From contig CAVVUN010000008.1 of NCBI GenBank assembly GCA_963751455.1, forward strand, positions 32,001 to 96,000: a stretch of DNA of 64,000 nucleotides, in the 5' to 3' direction. The notes under the pieces are model-generated. The model saw only the letters and a program-made list of their open reading frames with translations. It searched no databases and was not told the DNA's origin. The position numbers and the translations under genes are program-made. The stretch is from Nitrospirota bacterium. Its GTDB lineage: Bacteria > Nitrospirota > UBA9217. Below, piece by piece: positions 1 through 11,000 of the stretch. How positions within the stretch are numbered: the stretch's first letter is position 1; each line of letters starts with the position of its first letter.

Positions 1-200
1 TTGATTCTCGGCACGAGACGGGCATGGACATCCTCGGCTATGGAGACGACACGGCCGGCGATTTCTTCCCCGCCTTGGTGGTAATGAATGAAGAAGTGCG
101 GTGTTTCGATTGTTGACCAGGTAAAGCGAGGGTCGAATTTTGCGAAGGAAGAAGAGGACGAGAACAGAAGGACAACACAAACGAACAGAATCTTTTTCAA
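1..200 (-). CDS. 5' part of an exported protein (signal peptide; N-terminus resembles peptidase-MA-like/beta-propeller/BamA-TamA fusion proteins); runs off the window edge
   Basis: Manual translation from TTG at 200 with GGAGG RBS: MKKILFVCVVLLFSSSSSFAKFDPRFTWSTIETPHFFIHYHQGGEEIA...; open to position 1. Confidence 0.65.
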   Translation of the reverse strand, partial: MKKILFVCVVLLFSSSSSFAKFDPRFTWSTIETPHFFIHYHQGGEEIAGRVVSIAEDVHARLVPRI

Positions 201-420
201 GTGCTACCTCCGGAAGCTCTGTGAGTCCATCCGCTTAACAAATAACGGGCATTCATTATAGCAGTGGTTTTGTCCCTGCAATAGGATCAGAGGGGCTTTG
301 AAATAAACTAAATCATAACAGAAGAGGTTTTGAAGTCAAGGGAATAAGTGGCCGGCCGCTTCATGGAGCGCTTGTTTTATCAATGTCGCCGGATATTCCC
401 GGCCAAGTCCCGGGGCGACG

Positions 421-2007
421 CTATTTGCGATAATGCAATTCGCATCGCACGGGCACGCTTCCGGCCAACTCCCTGGCAGCTTGCTCGATCTCCTTATGTT
501 CCTTCGGAGAATGAGTCACACCCCTGAGTACTATGTCAGATCCGTCATAATAGACGTCCAGAACCGGCATGAAAAAATGCTGGTTCGTCGAGATGCCCGC
601 TTTGACTTTTGCCGCAACCGCGCGCATGGTGACCAGCTTGCGCGATTCATCCGTGGCAAGGCGTTCTCGATCGCGGAGTGCACCATATACTGTGCTTATG
701 ATCTTATCAAGCGACTCTTTACCGGCATCGAAAACCGCGTCATATCCGGCAGGGTCATCCCAGTGTTTGCCATAAACAGTCTGGAGAAAGCATGCGCGCT
801 CGCTGTCTGTTTTTTCGCAGAGCCAGCGGGCCGTATCCCGGTCAACCCCGTCCCGCTTTACGACCCTGTCTATTCTCGCCTCCGGTGGAGCCTGAACCCG
901 GATTCTGAATGCATGAGGAACGCCCTGAAGCAGAAAATTACCGCCGCGGCCCATGATAACCATGCCTCCCTTTGCCGCATACTCCAGAATATGCGCCTGC
1001 AGAAGAGCCGCAAATCCGCGGTATGACCAGTCATACTTCTCCCAGACGGTCGGACAATGCTCGTCGAGGTTTTTGGCCCATTCCTCCCACTTCGACCCAT
1101 CCCTCCTTATGTCCGCAAGGATCACAGCCCGGTCAACGTAAACACAGCCGAGGTCTTTTGCAATTGCCTGGCCTATCTCTCGGCCCCCGCTTCCGAACTC
1201 TCGCGAGATGGTCAGGATTGCGCCCGGATTTCCTGCAGCACGTTCATGAAGATGCTCAATAGCAACTTCCGGCTTCTTTTCAGCTTTCACACTCCACCTC
1301 ATCCACAGTTTGCCTGCCACGATCACGCCTGCCGCGAACAAAATTTCAACGGAATATTGGATCGCCTTAACCGGCGCAGTCATGTCCGCGTTGACCAGCG
1401 ACGCGGGAAGAAAACGTATGGCAAAGGGATCGGTGATCATCATCTCGCCGCCCACTTTTCCCAGGATTGCCGCTCCGATGTAAATAATAATGGGGTACTT
1501 GTCCATGAGCATGGACAGAAGATTGCTGGTGAATACAATGAACGGGATGCTCAAGCCCAGACCGAAGAGAAGAAGGAACATGTTGCCGTGAGACGCGCCT
1601 CCGACCGCAAGCATGTTGTCAAGCGACATGGTGATGTCGGCAATCACGATGACTTTGATCGCCTGCCATATTGTGGTCGCGCGCCGCTCGTGCTCGTCCT
1701 CGGGCACACCTTCGATGAATAACTTCAGGGCGATCCAGAGGATCAACACGCCGCCAACCATCTTGACGTAGCTGATATTCAGAAGCTGGGCCACGAAAAA
1801 AGTCAGGGCCACACGAAGCAGCACCGCTGCGCCGGCTCCGAAGAGTATGCCTTTTCTACGCTGTTCCTGCGGCAGCGAACGTACGGCCATCGCGATGACA
1901 ACTGCGTTGTCGCCTGCAAGAATCAAGTCTATGATTACGATGCTGAAAAGACTTGACAGAAACGCCAGGTCGAAGCTGATGCTTCCGAAAAAACCGAGAT
2001 CGAGCAT
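421..2007 (-). CDS. YjbE/TerC-family membrane protein fused to a cytidylate-kinase-like domain and a possible C-terminal BON-like domain
   Basis: TerC motifs DLILAGDNAVVIA and ADITMSLDNMLAV; C-terminal half TISREFGSGGREIG...VIMGRGG typical of cytidylate kinase-like family. Confidence 0.85.
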   Translation of the reverse strand: MLDLGFFGSISFDLAFLSSLFSIVIIDLILAGDNAVVIAMAVRSLPQEQRRKGILFGAGAAVLLRVALTFFVAQLLNISYVKMVGGVLILWIALKLFIEGVPEDEHERRATTIWQAIKVIVIADITMSLDNMLAVGGASHGNMFLLLFGLGLSIPFIVFTSNLLSMLMDKYPIIIYIGAAILGKVGGEMMITDPFAIRFLPASLVNADMTAPVKAIQYSVEILFAAGVIVAGKLWMRWSVKAEKKPEVAIEHLHERAAGNPGAILTISREFGSGGREIGQAIAKDLGCVYVDRAVILADIRRDGSKWEEWAKNLDEHCPTVWEKYDWSYRGFAALLQAHILEYAAKGGMVIMGRGGNFLLQGVPHAFRIRVQAPPEARIDRVVKRDGVDRDTARWLCEKTDSERACFLQTVYGKHWDDPAGYDAVFDAGKESLDKIISTVYGALRDRERLATDESRKLVTMRAVAAKVKAGISTNQHFFMPVLDVYYDGSDIVLRGVTHSPKEHKEIEQAARELAGSVPVRCELHYRK

Positions 2008-2039
2008 TTTTTCTTCGTCTTCCTTTGGTCAATAAAAGA

Positions 2040-2065
2040 GGTGGGGAGCCGTGAGACTCCCCACC
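2040..2065 (-). terminator. Probable intrinsic terminator hairpin downstream of the YeiH-family gene
   Basis: GGTGGGGAG...CTCCCCACC stem followed by TCTTTT on the minus strand. Confidence 0.55.
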
Positions 2066-2093
2066 GTCGTTTTTTACTACCGTTACTCTTTGC

Positions 2094-3638
2094 TTAGATC
2101 TTCGGCACCGCGAACAGAATGCCTCCGAAGAAGAGCCACGCCAGAAGCAAAGTCCAGATTATGTTAAAGCCCTGGCCGATCAAAAATGCGAAAGCCGGCC
2201 TCCCCCCTTCCATTTTGGCAAGATCGCCGAAATTCGTTTCCAGCCCGATGCACGTAAACGCCAGGGCGAACCACCAGGTCCGGAGACCTCCGAGCGCGCC
2301 CTTCGTGGCCGAAACCGTTTCCGGACTCACGATAAAGGAGAATAGCACGGAAGCGATGATAAAGCCAAGCACGAACTTCGGGAACCGGTCCCAGATCTCC
2401 ATGACGCTCGGCGCCTTCTGGCTGCCGCTGGTCTTGATCGCCTTGAGCGTCCAGATCACGGACAGGGCGAATGCCGCGACGCCGATCAGTACGTTCTGGG
2501 ACATCTTCACGATCACGCCGGTCTTCATGGCGGTTTCGCTGATGAGCGCTCCGGCTGCAACCACGGAGCCGCTGGTATCAAGCGTGCCGCCGAGCCACGC
2601 GCCCGCAACGATATCGCTCATGCCGAACCACTTCGCGATAATGGGCTGCAGGATCATCATCGGGATCGCGCAGATCAGCACGATCGATGTGACATAGCTG
2701 ATCTTCTTTCCGTCTGCCTTGATCGCGCCGCCGGTGGCGATGGCCGCCGATACTCCGCAGATCGAGACCGCGCTCGAAAGCACCGCGGCAAAATCATCGT
2801 CGACCTTCATCTTCTTGGCGATCCAGTAGGTGAAATACCAGACCACGAGCACCACCAGCACGGCTTGGCCGAGGCCGTAAAAACCGACCTGCATGATCTC
2901 TCCGATCATGATGCCGGACCCGAGGATTACCAGGCCAGCCTTGATGTAAAACTCGGTTCGAACAGCCGGCTTGAGCCATTCAGGCAGGCCGATCACGTTG
3001 CTGATGAACAGGCCGATGAAGAGACACCAAAGAACGTATTCGATGCCGAGCGTGGAATTGATCGTATAATTTCCCGCAATCAGCTGACCGAGCCAGGCGA
3101 TGACAAAAACAGCAGGGAAGCCGATCGCAATCTTGACCGCCTTCTCCCCCATCAGTCCGAGAGCCCCGAGGCTCAAAAGTAAAAAAATAATCGCGATGAC
3201 AATGGCGGACCCGATATTATCGCCCGCGAAGACCTTCGGCAAAAGGGCTCCTGCCTGGCCCTTGATGTCCTTGCCGAACTTGCCGGCCTTCTTCTTGATG
3301 CCCTCGTCCTGGGCGCCTTTTGCAGTCTCCTCCAGCTTCTTTGCGGCATCTCCAACGGCCTTCCGGTCGCCGGTTGCTATTGCGGCAGAAAGCGCTGCGG
3401 CATCTGCCTGGACTGCTGCTTCCTTTTTCTCTCCCGCGGACGCGGCTAGTTTCTCAACTGCCGGCGCCTGCTCGGCGATGAAGGATGCAAACTCGCCGTC
3501 GGTCGTCCACTTGAACTTCGGCATGGAAATGGTGAGACCGGCAACAATAGCCACAATGATAATGAACCCGACCCATACGGCAAGCCAGTCTTCGGTTTTC
3601 CACAGCAGTGCAAGGCCTTTCGGTTTATTTTCAGACAT
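2094..3638 (-). CDS. YeiH / putative sulfate exporter family transporter
   Basis: Multi-TM protein with EDWLAVW, EFYIKAGLVILG, SICGVSAAIA, GAWLGGTLDT motifs. Confidence 0.85.
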   Translation of the reverse strand: MSENKPKGLALLWKTEDWLAVWVGFIIIVAIVAGLTISMPKFKWTTDGEFASFIAEQAPAVEKLAASAGEKKEAAVQADAAALSAAIATGDRKAVGDAAKKLEETAKGAQDEGIKKKAGKFGKDIKGQAGALLPKVFAGDNIGSAIVIAIIFLLLSLGALGLMGEKAVKIAIGFPAVFVIAWLGQLIAGNYTINSTLGIEYVLWCLFIGLFISNVIGLPEWLKPAVRTEFYIKAGLVILGSGIMIGEIMQVGFYGLGQAVLVVLVVWYFTYWIAKKMKVDDDFAAVLSSAVSICGVSAAIATGGAIKADGKKISYVTSIVLICAIPMMILQPIIAKWFGMSDIVAGAWLGGTLDTSGSVVAAGALISETAMKTGVIVKMSQNVLIGVAAFALSVIWTLKAIKTSGSQKAPSVMEIWDRFPKFVLGFIIASVLFSFIVSPETVSATKGALGGLRTWWFALAFTCIGLETNFGDLAKMEGGRPAFAFLIGQGFNIIWTLLLAWLFFGGILFAVPKI

Positions 3639-4171
3639 GCTAATATCCCCCTTTCGTTACTATCCGATACTAGAATACCCTTAAAACAAATTACTGAGGC
3701 TTTGATTTAGTGTTATGGAATATCGATCACCCCCTTTTAAGAAGTATTTCTTTATATTAGGATGACGAATGAGACGAAAACTGACGAGTACAAATTAGAG
3801 CTCGCACGAACGGCAAACTGGATTTAAAAATCTATTATTAAAGTATTACAGATTATTACGTAATTATTCCCCTCCCAAGCCTGTTTTGTCAAGGTGTTTT
3901 TGCGACTTTTTGTTTAAAAAAGTTTATTCGCTGTATCGTAATTTCATCACCACTAATTTTGTCACTGCCTTTAATTAATGTGAAGTCGCAGTTTTTAAGA
4001 ACGTCGAGGAAATGATGGTTTATTTATAAGAAAAGCAATTGCACCGGAGAATAATTTGTTCTTTACTCAAAGGACTCATTTTAGTAATATAGTGGCAATT
4101 TTCAAAAACGACTTTGGAGGCATGTCTTCTCTCCCCGATTCCGCTGCGGGGCATCCGACATTCGCAAAAAA

Positions 4172-5473
4172 ATGAGAAATAATATCGTTTCATTGGGCGC
4201 AGACGAACTGAAATACGAAATTCGGGAGATCGTAGCTGTTGCCAAGGAATTCGGCAAGCTTGGCCTCGAAATCATGTGGGAGAACATCGGGGACCCGGTC
4301 CAGAAGGGAGAAAAGATCCCGGACTGGATCAAGGAAATAGTCATCGCTGCCAACCGTGAGGACAGCTCCTACGCCTATTCACCGACCAAGGGACTTGAAG
4401 CAACACGCGAATTTCTGGCTCAGCTGGCGAACAGCAACGGCAAGGTAAGAATCACAAAAGAGGACATCATATTCTTCAATGGCCTCGGCGACGCAATCAG
4501 CAAGATCTACGGCCAGCTCAAAAAGGAATACCGCGTGATCGGACCCAGCCCTGCCTACAGTACGCATTCCTCGGCGGAAGCATCGCATGCGGGGGCCGAA
4601 TATATCTCGTATAACCTCGAGCCGCATCATCTCTGGTACCCCGATCTGAACGATCTGCGGATGAAAGTGAAGTACAATCCGGCGATCTCGGGCATCCTCG
4701 TCATAAACCCGGACAACCCGACGGGCGCCGTCTACCCGAAAGAAGTGCTCCAGGAAATCGTGGCTATAGCGCGCGAATACGACCTGTTCATCGTATGCGA
4801 TGAAATCTATATCAATATGGCATATAACGGAAAGCAAGCGGTTCCGCTCGCGGAAGTGATCGGCGACGTGTGCGGCATCTCGATGAAGGGCATTTCCAAG
4901 GAGCTGCCCTGGCCGGGGTCGCGCTGCGGCTGGATAGAAGTGTACAATCAGAGGAACGACCCGGTGTTCACGAAATACGTGAAGAGCATCCTCGACGACA
5001 AAATGCTCGAGGTCTGCTCCACAACCCTGCCGCAAAAGGTGATCCCCAAGATCTTCGCTGATAAGCGCTTCAAAGCGCATGTTGAACAGCGGAACAGAAA
5101 ATATGAGCGGCGCTCGAATGTCGCATACGATCTGTTGAAGGACATCAAAGGGATCGTGGTTAACAGGACGAACGGCGCGTTCTATATGACCGTGATGTTC
5201 GAGGAGGCCGTCCTCAACGGCAGCCAGTCTCTGCCGGTTAAGGATAAGGCGGTCAGAGAACAGGTCGAGAAAATCACTAATGGTGTGGCGCTCGACAAGC
5301 GGTTTGTCTATTATCTGCTTGCCACCACCGGGATCTGCGTCGTGCCGCTCACCGGGTTCAACTGCAGCTTGAAGGGCTTCAGAGTAACGCTTCTGGAAAA
5401 CGACGAAGCACGGTTTGAGCAGATATTCAAAACCATCCGCGAGAAAATCATCGAATATCTGAAAAGCGCGTAA
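4172..5473 (+). CDS. PLP-dependent class I/II aminotransferase (AlaA-like)
   Basis: NIGDP, INPDNPTG, DEIY, GISK(PLP lysine)..WPGSRCGW, GAFY motifs. Confidence 0.9.
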   Translation: MRNNIVSLGADELKYEIREIVAVAKEFGKLGLEIMWENIGDPVQKGEKIPDWIKEIVIAANREDSSYAYSPTKGLEATREFLAQLANSNGKVRITKEDIIFFNGLGDAISKIYGQLKKEYRVIGPSPAYSTHSSAEASHAGAEYISYNLEPHHLWYPDLNDLRMKVKYNPAISGILVINPDNPTGAVYPKEVLQEIVAIAREYDLFIVCDEIYINMAYNGKQAVPLAEVIGDVCGISMKGISKELPWPGSRCGWIEVYNQRNDPVFTKYVKSILDDKMLEVCSTTLPQKVIPKIFADKRFKAHVEQRNRKYERRSNVAYDLLKDIKGIVVNRTNGAFYMTVMFEEAVLNGSQSLPVKDKAVREQVEKITNGVALDKRFVYYLLATTGICVVPLTGFNCSLKGFRVTLLENDEARFEQIFKTIREKIIEYLKSA

Positions 5474-5496
5474 AGGAATGTGACATAGCAGAATGC

Positions 5497-5528
5497 AAAA
5501 AGCTGAGCCTATCAAGACTCAGCTTTTT
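5497..5528. terminator. Bidirectional intrinsic terminator between convergent genes; left edge of island 1
   Basis: AAAAAGCTGAG-N10-CTCAGCTTTTT. Confidence 0.75.
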
Positions 5529-5547
5529 TATTAGGATTAACGCTAAC

Positions 5548-6267
5548 CTAAGCGTGTACTAACTTTCGCTCTGGAACAACCGACACAAATAGCATAATGC
5601 TAGGCCGGTCAGGACGGCCGTTCATCTTTTCAATGACGGCCGTAATCTGGCTCCTGTTATTCAACCAACGATGAAAGGCGTCTAGTAAACCTCGCCCGAT
5701 ATAGCCGATCTTCTTTCCATTGACAATGACCATGATCGCCTGCGGATCATAGAGGTTCCCGGGCTCCGGCTGGAGAGTTGCACTCATTCCAACAGCCAGT
5801 TCCATCGTCATTCCTTCATAATAACGAAAGCCTGCCACTTCTGCGAGTAGTTCGCAAGGTTCGTCCACCTGATCAAAGGGGTGAACGATGGAAAAACCAT
5901 CACTGGGCAGTTTTGCGCCAGAATAACCGAGCAGAGCAAAATCTGATATTTGCACCGAAGGCGAGATTCTCAGAGATTCAAGGTATTTGTTATAATCTGA
6001 ACGTTCGCGCGGAGGAAGGCGCAGCATGATCGTCTCTATGACACCTTCCTTATAAACACGATCAGTCTTTGGAAAGGCAGGATACCCCTCGAAACCGTTT
6101 TCCCGTGCTCTCTTGAAATCCGCGCTCTGAGTTAAATAGTGCAATTCAATGGCGTGATTCGTCTTAATAAGTTCGGCAACAATTCGGCGGGCTCGGTCAC
6201 CACCCTCGGGACCTTGCCAGACCAGATAAAGCCGTTGAGGCTCAATTATGTGTGTAATAAGATTCAT
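5548..6267 (-). CDS. HIRAN domain protein with HipS-like N-terminal domain
   Basis: C-terminal HIRAN signature VAGFRYY...LQPEPGNLYDPQAIMV...KIGYI; N-terminal LYLVWQ...GYPAFP...RLPPRERSDY; ATGA overlap with the kinase gene. Confidence 0.85.
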   Translation of the reverse strand: MNLITHIIEPQRLYLVWQGPEGGDRARRIVAELIKTNHAIELHYLTQSADFKRARENGFEGYPAFPKTDRVYKEGVIETIMLRLPPRERSDYNKYLESLRISPSVQISDFALLGYSGAKLPSDGFSIVHPFDQVDEPCELLAEVAGFRYYEGMTMELAVGMSATLQPEPGNLYDPQAIMVIVNGKKIGYIGRGLLDAFHRWLNNRSQITAVIEKMNGRPDRPSIMLFVSVVPERKLVHA

Positions 6268-7232
6268 GACCGCTGCTCGATTGTATCTATCAAAAACTGA
6301 CGTCGAAAACTGATGAGCTTCATGATGAATGCAGCCCTGGATTCCGATAACCGCGAAGGGACCCCGAATGAAGTCAGTCTGTCTACGAAATACTTTAGCT
6401 CATCAACATTAAAAAGTAAAGATTTTAACATTGCCTCTTTCTTTTCAGGATATCTCGCGATCAGCCGCACTAGCATATCAGAGTGACTAAGGCGGGTAGA
6501 ATCTCGCATATCCCACTTTATGTGGTGCGTACCTTTGTTAATATAATGAACAAGATACGCGGAATCATTGAACTTCGCAAAATTCTTTTCAACGATCTCG
6601 CCACCCATGGCAGTGCCATTGTCAAACGCGGGAGAAAAGGAGGCGCATCCCTTCATTACTTCTTCACCCTTCCATAAAATGCCCCAGTTATCTTGATGCC
6701 GGTCGGTGTTTCCAATCAAGGCATCAAATGTAAACATTTTACACCAAGACTCAATTCCATCCACCACTAACAAACCTCGATCCGTCATAGCTTTTGTCAG
6801 CGCCAACACTGACCTGAAATTGTGTTGAGTTCCTTTTTCTCTGTCGTAATTCTGAATCATTCTGACCATGTAATCGCCACCATCGACGTAGCGGACCGGT
6901 TGTTCCCCCGGATAACCATAGAACCACTCGATCAGTGCTCCGCTCTGATTCGTTGTGCTGTTAAAGGCCACAAACGCGGGCGGAACGGGAACATCCATCA
7001 GACCACCGATAAAGTAAGCAATAATTTCTATCCAGAATTGTTCCGGATATCGATGACTGGAATGCTTGAATAAGTAGCGATGGTCAGGGATAATAAAACC
7101 TGGGGCCCCGGTTTGTGGAGAGAACAATGCGTTCTTTGCTCGCGCTCCCTTGGGATAGGGGTCGAATTCGCTATCCGGCTGCCAAGTGCTGACGTCAATG
7201 GCTTCAGATGGTTGTTGTTTCTTGATAATCAT
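6264..7232 (-). CDS. HipA-like Ser/Thr kinase
   Basis: GARAK loop, YLFK, catalytic FDALIGNTDRHQDNWG, SPAFDNG. Confidence 0.88.
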   Translation of the reverse strand: MIIKKQQPSEAIDVSTWQPDSEFDPYPKGARAKNALFSPQTGAPGFIIPDHRYLFKHSSHRYPEQFWIEIIAYFIGGLMDVPVPPAFVAFNSTTNQSGALIEWFYGYPGEQPVRYVDGGDYMVRMIQNYDREKGTQHNFRSVLALTKAMTDRGLLVVDGIESWCKMFTFDALIGNTDRHQDNWGILWKGEEVMKGCASFSPAFDNGTAMGGEIVEKNFAKFNDSAYLVHYINKGTHHIKWDMRDSTRLSHSDMLVRLIARYPEKKEAMLKSLLFNVDELKYFVDRLTSFGVPSRLSESRAAFIMKLISFRRQFLIDTIEQRS

Positions 7233-7244
7233 GTCTGAGAAAAG

Positions 7245-8012
7245 TCAGAATCCCTCGCCCACTGGATGTATTGGATGAGCCCAAGCAGGTATCATTTTCC
7301 ATGCATCGCGCATACGGGCATGAAGCATTGCTGTTTTCGGTTCATATTGCCGGACGATCGTCCAAAACCGTTGTGTGTGACGTGGTTCGACAATATGACA
7401 CAGCTCATGATGCATCACATATCGGACCAAATCCCTGGGAATGAATAACAACTTGCTGTTAAGACTGATAACGCGGTCTTTTGAGCAACTTCCCCAGCGT
7501 GTGCGTTGGTTTTTAATGAGCAATCCTCTGAATTTCAACTTAGCTTCCGCGGAATGTGTTTGCAAGCTCAGTCGTAACGTTTCCTTGGCTCTGCGTGCAA
7601 TCCAACGTCTCAAGGCCGCATTGCAGCGTTCAGCATCGGTAATAGCGCCAAACACCAGAACGCGGCCCGGCCGATCAGTGCGCGCGCCGACAGTCTTACC
7701 CCGAGTTTCTCGGTATTCCACTCGCCATGATTCAGCAAGGGCTGGAAGATCAAAAGCTTGTGGCGGCGTTGACTTTTTTTCTCCAAGCAGATGCCGCACT
7801 TCATCAAATTGCGCAAGACGTGCCGCAATCCAATCGCTTTTCCCAGCAACCAGTTCTGCAACACGCTTGCGATTCAGTCCCTTTGGCGCGATAACGGTCA
7901 AGCCTGTTCGCGCTGTCATCTTGAGCCGTAAAGTCCGAGACTTAGCGGAAGAGAGGATTTCATAATCGAGATGTCGTCCATTGGGCAGGGCGATCTGTGC
8001 TGTACGCCCCAT
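7245..8012 (-). CDS. M48/SprT-like (YgjP/DUF45) metal-dependent hydrolase
   Basis: RTRWGSCS and HELCH (HExxH)...HTQRFW motifs; typical position after hsdR. Confidence 0.88.
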   Translation of the reverse strand: MGRTAQIALPNGRHLDYEILSSAKSRTLRLKMTARTGLTVIAPKGLNRKRVAELVAGKSDWIAARLAQFDEVRHLLGEKKSTPPQAFDLPALAESWRVEYRETRGKTVGARTDRPGRVLVFGAITDAERCNAALRRWIARRAKETLRLSLQTHSAEAKLKFRGLLIKNQRTRWGSCSKDRVISLNSKLLFIPRDLVRYVMHHELCHIVEPRHTQRFWTIVRQYEPKTAMLHARMRDAWKMIPAWAHPIHPVGEGF

Positions 8013-8015
8013 GGT

Positions 8016-11000
8016 TTATTCCTTATCTCCTGGCTTATAATGCCTGCGCTTCAGCACCTGCAATAACGTGCTGATGAATGCCATGGCATCACCCGCAAGC
8101 AACCCGAGAATCGAAAATCGCGTAGCCAGGAGCAGCAATAAGGCCCTACTCAATTCGGGATCCACTGTACTGCTGTTCCACCAGCCAGGAAAACAGTGTT
8201 TATCCGCTTCCTCAAGAATGGCGGCTGCGACTTCGACAGCCTGCGTTTCAGTCAGCGCTATGTTCCGTCCCTTGATTTTGACTGCGAGCTGTTGAGCAAT
8301 CGGGCGCTTGACTTCCTCAACTGCCGCGCGCACGGCAACAGTCAGCGCCTCTAATTCCTGAAGCAGAGCAATGCCCGCCAGAGTGCCCGCCCGTTTCTCA
8401 TCTATAATACGCTGAAGCTTCTCTGAAAGCGTCCTGAAGTTTTCATCCTGATCCAGCCTGATACGAAGTTCAGCGGAAAGCATTGCCTCGATATCCAGCG
8501 CCTTTGCATCTGGCTTCTTATCTTTGAGCTTAGTCAGAAAATTCTCGTCTAATACATACGACGGAAACTCTTTATCCAACTCCTCCACGTCGATATGTTC
8601 ACGTATCAACTCCCGTGTGCGCGCCGCGTCTTCAGCCCTGGCTTCCATAGCCAACTCAGGGTAGAACTTCTTTCTGTAGAGTATGTACAGTTTGGTCAGC
8701 CACGCATAGTGACGCACATAGTCACGGAGAGCTTCATCCGGCTGCAAGGCCTCATACAGCACGCGCAGATTGCGATACCCGGTATCAAACTGCTTTTCGG
8801 CGCTTTCAACGTCCCGCAGGATTTTCATAGCGTTAATGTACGAATCATGCGACCCATCGCGAGGAACCGTTTCTTCCGGGAAAAGCGCCCACAGCGCATC
8901 AAACTGCTTTCGGAAGTGTTCACGGATACTCTCAAAGGGAAATGCAATATCGCCCAACTCCTCAGGCCTGTAGTTCAGCGCCTCATTCAGGTTGTCGAAG
9001 ATTCCGTAGTAGTCGAGGATCAGACCATGACCTTTCAATTCATTATATGGACGGTTCACGCGGGCGATAGTTTGCAACAGGCCATGATCACGAAGACTTT
9101 TGTCCAGATAAAGCGCTTGCAAGATAGGCGCGTCGAATCCGGTCAAAAGCATGTCACATACGACAAGCATTTCGACTTTTCGAAAGGGTTTGTCCTGGTG
9201 CTCTGGCTGGTCGGACTTCGCGGGGATCAGAAATTCGTTCAGCAGCTTCTTTCGTTGAGCCTCGCCAAGATAAAGCGTCTTTACCTCGGCCGAATCATCC
9301 TTGGGCGCTTCCGAGATCACCGCCATGACAGCCTCAGACCCGAGCCGATCTCGTAACGCCTTCGTGTAGAGTTCAACGGTATCCTTGTTTTTTGTAACCA
9401 ACATTGCTTTGAAGCCGTTGACGCGAACATGTTCATTAAAATGCTCTACCGCGTCATCGGCGATTTGATTTACACGCTTGGGCAATTTGAGCAGCACATC
9501 AAGGGTGGACGATTCGCTGATCAGTTTGTTCTGCTCTGCCACGGAAAGAGGACCGAATTCTTTCTTAAAAGCAATGTCCAGCTTAGCACCATTAAGTTGC
9601 CAATCAGTCTTACGCGGCTGCCAGTGAATGGGCTTGACCACGCCGTCGCGCAAGGCATCGGTGATCGTATAAGGCTTGCCCATATAACGCTCGATGGTAC
9701 CGTCGTCCTTTTTCTGCCCCCAGGCCAAAGGTGTATTGTGGTCGTCCTTTTCGATCGGCGTACCGGTGAAACCGAACAACGAAGCCCCTGTCACGGCTGC
9801 GCGCATATATGTGCCCAGATCGCGCTCCTGCGTCCGGTGCGCTTCGTCAGCCATGACGATAACGTTTCGGCGCTTGTTGGTGATGTTCTTCGGCATCCCC
9901 TCGAACAGGTGTACGGTGGTGAGGATCACGCCCCGGTAATCGCCCGCAAGTTTAGCCTCCAAATCGCGCTTGCTGTCCGCGACAAGCACATTTTTCGTGC
10001 CCGTTGCCATAAGCTCGCGGTCCATCTGATCGCCCAACTGCTCACGGTCTACCAACAGGATTACAGTGGGCGATTTGAGTTTCGGATCTTCCCAGAGGCT
10101 GCGGGCGGCGTAGATCATAGTCAGCGTTTTGCCGGAGCCCTGCGTGTGCCAGATCAGGCCGCGCCGCTTCTCCTGCGGCAGGGTAAGGTCAGTGGCTCGG
10201 AGCATGATGTCCTTCACTGCCTGATACTGCTGGTAACGCACCACCACCTTTTCGGTCTTGCCGTCCTTGGTGACAAAAACGATGAAGTGGCGGATGAAGT
10301 CCAGCATGTTGGCCCGGTCGAATAGTCCATAGAGCGACACCTTCATTTCATCGAACTCGTCGATTTCGTGCGGCCAGGGATCGCGCCATTGCAGCCAAAA
10401 CTGCAAGCGACGCCCCGGCACACCGTACATCATGCGGGTTTCGTTCACACCCACGCCGTAGGCGTTGGTGTAGAATAGCTGGTTGATCTCCTCGGAATAC
10501 ATACCGAGTTGTTGTGCACCTTCGCGCCAGTCCGGTTTGCTGCGGCTGGCGGTCTTTGCCTCGATCACCACTACCGGAATGCCGTTGATCAGTAGCACAA
10601 TATCCGGTCTCCGGGGCGAGTTGCCCTCCACCGGAAACTGATTCGTCACCCACCAAGCGTTGGCATCCAGATCGTCATAGTCGATCAGTCGCACGTCTTT
10701 CGTGGTTTCAGCCGGATCAAATTGATGATTGACACCTTCCTTCAGCCATTTGAGCCATTGCGCATTATCTCGGCAACCGCGTAGCTTGGTAATGATTGCG
10801 TCAACCCGCGCATCATCCGTGAGAATGTCCGGGTTAAGTGCTCTCAACTTTTCCCGCAACAACGGCAACAGCAGCACCTCGCGCTCATCCGGACGCAGCG
10901 CGGTCACCTGCTCGCGCGAACGATAGGTCCAGCCCAGCGACTTCAGTTGTAAGTGTTCGATAATTTCCCGTTCAACTGTCGTCTCTTCGTTGAACAGGCG

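Noticed and set aside
4379-5515. 378-aa antisense ORF
   Set aside because: Shadow of the aminotransferase; no motifs, expected in GC-rich coding DNA
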